From the NCBI GenBank assembly GCA_964016885.1, contig OZ024754.1, forward strand, positions 34,968,001-35,032,000: a stretch of DNA of 64,000 nt, read 5' to 3'. How positions within the stretch are numbered: the first letter of the stretch is position 1; each line of letters begins with the position of its first letter. This DNA comes from Eledone cirrhosa (taxonomy: Eukaryota). The notes below the pieces were generated by a model. The model searched no databases. It worked only from the letters and a program-made list of their open reading frames with translations, and was not told the origin of the DNA. Below, piece after piece: positions 59,801 through 64,000 of this stretch. A program made the translations under genes and the position numbers.

Positions 59801-61500
59801 GAAAGAAACTAAAGAATGTAGATGAAGTGTATATAGAAAGAAACTAAAGAATGTTGATGAAGTGTATACAGAAAGAAACTAAAGAATGTTGATGAAGTGT
59901 ATATAGAAAGAAACTAAAGAATGTAGATGAAGTGTATATAGAAAGAAACTAAAGAATGTTGATGAAGTGTATACAGAAAGAAACTAAAGAATGTAGATGA
60001 AGTGTATATAGAAAGAAACTAAAGAATGTTGATGAAGTGTATACAGAAAGAAACTAAAGAATGTAGATGAAGTGTATATAGAAAGAAACTAAAGAATGTT
60101 GATGAAGTGTATACAGAAAGAAACTAAAGAATGTAGATGAAGTGTATATAGAAAGAAACTAAAGAATGTTGATGAAGTGTATACAGAAAGAAACTAAAGA
60201 ATGTAGATGAAGTGTATATAGAAAGAAACTAAAGAATGTTGATGAAGTGTATACAGAAAGAAACTAAAGAATGTTGATGAAGTGTATATAGAAAGAAACT
60301 AAAGAATGTTGATGAAGTGTATACAGAAAGAAACTAAAGAATGTAGATGAAGTGTATATAGAAAGAAACTAAAGAATGTTGATGAAGTGTATACAGAAAG
60401 AAACTAAAGAATGTTGATGAAGTGTATATAGAAAGAAACTAAAGAATGTTGATGAAGTGTATACAGAAAGAAACTAAAGAATGTAGATGAAGTGTATATA
60501 GAAAGAAACTAAAGAATGTTGATGAAGTGTATACAGAAAGAAACTAAAGAATGTTGATGAAGTGTATATAGAAAGAAACTAAAGAATGTTGATGAAGTGT
60601 ATACAGAAAGAAACTAAAGAATGTAGATGAAGTGTATATAGAAAGAAACTAAAGAATGTTGATGAAGTGTATACAGAAAGAAACTAAAGAATGTTGATGA
60701 AGTGTATATAGAAAGAAACTAAAGAATGTAGATGAAGTGTATATAGAAAGAAACTAAAGAATGTTGATGAAGTGTATACAGAAAGAAACTAAAGAATGTA
60801 GATGAAGTGTATATAGAAAGAAACTAAAGAATGTTGATGAAGTGTATACAGAAAGAAACTAAAGAATGTTGATGAAGTGTATATAGAAAGAAACTAAAGA
60901 ATGTTGATGAAGTGTATACAGAAAGAAACTAAAGAATGTAGATGAAGTGTATATAGAAAGAAACTAAAGAATGTTGATGAAGTGTATACAGAAAGAAACT
61001 AAAGAATGTTGATGAAGTGTATATAGAAAGAAACTAAAGAATGTTGATGAAGTGTATACAGAAAGAAACTAAAGAATGTAGATGAAGTGTATATAGAAAG
61101 AAACTAAAGAATGTTGATGAAGTGTATACAGAAAGAAACTGAAAAATGTTGATGAAGTGTATATAGAAAGAAACTAAAGAATGTAGATGAAGTGTATATA
61201 GAAAGAAACTAAAGAATGTTGATGAAGTGTATACAGAAAGAAACTAAAGAATGTAGATGAAGTGTATATAGAAAGAAACTAAAGAATGTTGATGAAGTGT
61301 ATACAGAAAGAAACTAAAGAATGTTGATGAAGTGTATATAGAAAGAAACTAAAGAATGTAGATGAAGTGTATATAGAAAGAAACTAAACAATGTAGATGA
61401 AGTGTATACAGAAAGAAACTAAAGAATGTTGATGAAGTGTATATAGAAAGAAATTAAAGAATGTAGATGAAGTGTATATAGAAAGAAACTAAAGAATGTT
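53900..61500. repeat. Duplicated distal block offset by 146 monomers (5,110 bp): ~53.9-56.4 kb and ~59.0-61.5 kb
   Basis: CT-GAAAAATGTT at 56031/61141, AAACTAAACA at 56271/61381 and AAATTAAAGA at 56341/61451; all offsets are 5110 = 146x35. The 51.8-53.3 kb stretch also matches 53.9-55.4 kb at offset 2100 (60 units). Confidence 0.85.
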
Positions 61501-64000
61501 GATGAAGTGTATACAGAAAGAAACTAAAGAATGTAGATGAAGTGTATATAGAAAGAAACTAAAGAATGTTGATGAAGTGTATACAGAAAGAAACTAAAGA
61601 ATGTTGATGAAGTGTATATAGAAAGAAACTAAAGAATGTAGATGAAGTGTATATAGAAAGAAACTAAAGAATGTTGATGAAGTGTATACAGAAAGAAACT
61701 AAAGAATGTTGATGAAGTGTATATAGAAAGAAACTAAAGAATGTTGATGAAGTGTATACAGAAAGAAACTAAAGAATGTAGATGAAGTGTATATAGAAAG
61801 AAACTAAAGAATGTTGATGAAGTGTATATAGAAAGAAACTAAACAATGTAGATGAAGTGTATACAGAAAGAAACTAAGGAATGTTGATGAAGTGTATATA
61901 GAAAGAAACTAAGAATGTAGATGAAGTGTATATAGAAAGAAACTAAAGAATGTTGATGAAGTGTCTACAGACAGGAACTAAAGAATGTAGATGAAGTGTA
62001 TATAGAAAGAAACTAAAGAATGTTGATGAAGTGTATACAGAAAGAAACTAAAGAATGTTGATGAAGTGTATACAGAAAGAAACTAAAGAATGTAGATGAA
62101 GTGTATACAGAAAGAAACTAAAGAATGTTGATGAAGTGTATACAGAAAGAAACTAAAGAATGTAGATGAAGTGTATACAGAAAGAAACTAAAGAATGTAG
62201 ATGAAGTGTATATAGAAAGAAACTAAAGAATGTTGATGAAGTGTATACAGAAAGAAACTAAAGAATGTAGATGAAGTGTATATAGAAAGAAACTAAAGAA
62301 TGTTGATGAAGTGTATACAGAAGAAAGTTACAGAAAGAACTAAAGAATGTAGATGAAGTGTATATAGAAAGAAACTAAAGAATGTTGATGAAGTGTATAC
62401 AGAAAGAAACTAAAGGATGTTGATGAAGCGTATATAGAAAGAAACTAAAGAATGTTGATGAAGTGTATACAGAAAGAAACTAAAGAATGTAGATGAAGTG
62501 TATATAGAAAGAAACTAAAGAATGTTGATGAAGTGTATACAGAAAGAAACTAAAGAATGTTGATGAAGTGTATATAGAAAGAAACTAAAGAATGTTGATG
62601 AAGTGTATACAGAAAGAAACTAAAGAATGTAGATGAAGTGTATATAGAAAGAAACTAAAGAATGTTGATGAAGTGTATACAGAAAGAAACTAAAGAATGT
62701 TGATGAAGTGTATATAGAAAGAAACTAAAGAATGTTGATGAAGTGTATACAGAAAGAAACTAAAGAATGTAGATGAAGTGTATATAGAAAGAAACTAAAG
62801 AATGTTGATGAAGTGTATACAGAAAGAAACTAAAGAATGTTGATGAAGTGTATATAGAAAGAAACTAAAGAATGTAGATGAAGTGTATATAGAAAGAAAC
62901 TAAAGAATGTTGATGAAGTGTATACAGAAAGAAACTAAAGAATGTAGATGAAGTGTATATAGAAAGAAACTAAAGAATGTTGATGAAGTGTATACAGAAA
63001 GAAACTAAAGAATGTTGATGAAGTGTATATAGAAAGAAACTAAAGAATGTTGATGAAGTGTATACAGAAAGAAACTAAAGAATGTAGATGAAGTGTATAT
63101 AGAAAGAAACTAAAGAATGTTGATGAAGTGTATACAGAAAGAAACTAAAGAATGTTGATGAAGTGTATATAGAAAGAAACTAAAGAATGTTGATGAAGTG
63201 TATACAGAAAGAAACTAAAGAATGTAGATGAAGTGTATATAGAAAGAAACTAAAGAATGTTGATGAAGTGTATACAGAAAGAAACTGAAGAATGTTGATG
63301 AAGTGTATATAGAAAGAAACTAAAGAATGTAGATGAAGTGTATATAGAAAGAAACTAAAGAATGTTGATGAAGTGTATACAGAAAGAAACTAAAGAATGT
63401 AGATGAAGTGTATATAGAAAGAAACTAAAGAATGTTGATGAAGTGTATACAGAAAGAAACTAAAGAATGTAGATGAAGTGTATATAGAAAGAAACTAAAG
63501 AATGTTGATGAAGTGTATACAGAAAGAAACTGAAAAATGTTGATGAAGTGTATATAGAAAGAAACTAAAGAATGTAGATGAAGTGTATATAGAAAGAAAC
63601 TAAAGAATGTTGATGAAGTGTATACAGAAAGAAACTAAAGAATGTAGATGAAGTGTATATAGAAAGAAACTAAAGAATGTTGATGAAGTGTATACAGAAA
63701 GAAACTAAAGAATGTTGATGAAGTGTATATAGAAAAGAAACTAAAGAATGTAGATGAAGTGTATATAGAAAGAAACTAAACAATGTAGATGAAGTGTATA
63801 CAGAAGGAAACTAAAGAATGTTGATGAAGTGTATATAGAAAGAAACTAAAGAATGTAGATGAAGTGTATATAGAAAGAAACTAAAGAATGTTGATGAAGT
63901 GTATACAGAAAGAAACTAAAGAATGTAGATGAAGTGTATATAGAAAGAAACTAAAGAATGTTGATGAAGTGTATACAGAAAGAAACTAAAGAATGTTGAT

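Larger units (their letters stand above)
1..64000. repeat. 35-bp tandem repeat array (satellite DNA), ~1,828 copies, consensus AGAATGTWGATGAAGTGTMTAYAGAAAGAAACTAA, extending beyond both window ends
   Basis: Seen directly: AGAATGT starts at 1, 36, 71 and so on. The last unit starts at 63990 = 1 + 35x1828 + 9, which matches six observed length changes (-1, -1, -1, -1, +12, +1). The 32 invariant positions are 16 A, 8 G, 7 T and 1 C, so GC is about 26-31% depending on variant. No non-repeat sequence was seen. Confidence 0.99.

Noticed and set aside
1-64000. CRISPR array: the 35-bp length and the TCTAC...GTAGAT words resemble the Cas12a repeat stem
   Set aside because: Units abut directly with no unique spacers, leader or cas genes. 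The TCTACA/TGTAGA arms are 16 nt apart and present in only some unit pairs, unlike the short-loop invariant Cas12a hairpin.
1-64000. Giant repetitive protein on the + strand (fragments such as KNVDEVYIERN and an ATG in each unit)
   Set aside because: 35 is not a multiple of 3, and each unit has invariant TAA and TGA, so all frames close within ~105 bp. The peptide-like reads are incidental.
1-64000. Minus-strand ORF under a TAG-reassigned code: the minus consensus TTAGTTTCTTTCTRTAKACACTTCATCWACATTCT contains TAG but no TAA or TGA
   Set aside because: It would be open only if TAG were recoded. The period is non-triplet, frameshifting indels are inherited between copies, variants show no codon-position pattern, and no start or gene context exists. 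Lack of TAA/TGA is unsurprising on an A/G-poor 35-mer strand.
1-64000. Telomerase-synthesised telomeric repeat (G-over-C strand bias)
   Set aside because: The unit is longer than the telomerase repeats I know and has no G-runs. Inherited multi-kb higher-order variant patterns indicate recombinational amplification rather than templated addition. A subtelomeric or non-telomerase terminal satellite is not excluded.
1-64000. Pure technical concatemer (rolling-circle/MDA) or synthetic data-encoding DNA
   Set aside because: Rare variants are shared hierarchically among non-adjacent blocks with differing periods, as expected from evolutionary descent rather than copying of one circle or random error. 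Individual duplications could still be mis-assembled.

Overview
The whole 64,000-bp window is one uninterrupted head-to-tail tandem array (satellite DNA) of a 35-bp AT-rich unit, consensus AGAATGT[A/T]GATGAAGTGT[A/C]TA[T/C]AGAAAGAAACTAA. Phase tracking gives about 1,828 complete copies plus an 11-bp partial, all in one orientation and running off both ends. I found no unique sequence, gene, RNA gene, mobile element or CRISPR spacer. Under the standard code every frame on both strands meets a stop at least every ~105 bp. The information lies in the variation between copies: three high-frequency polymorphic sites with non-random linkage, 70-bp dimer alternation, and rare marker variants that reveal nested higher-order duplications (15, 39, 48/58/106, 50, 60, 89/94, 137/139, 146 and ~400 units). 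There is also a left-to-right compositional gradient, only six length changes, and a degenerate patch near 61.8-62.4 kb. The host and function cannot be determined from the sequence. A eukaryotic heterochromatic, centromeric or subtelomeric satellite is the most likely reading (inference). I see no evidence of a new gene-encoded system. All counts and offsets were read by eye, not computed.
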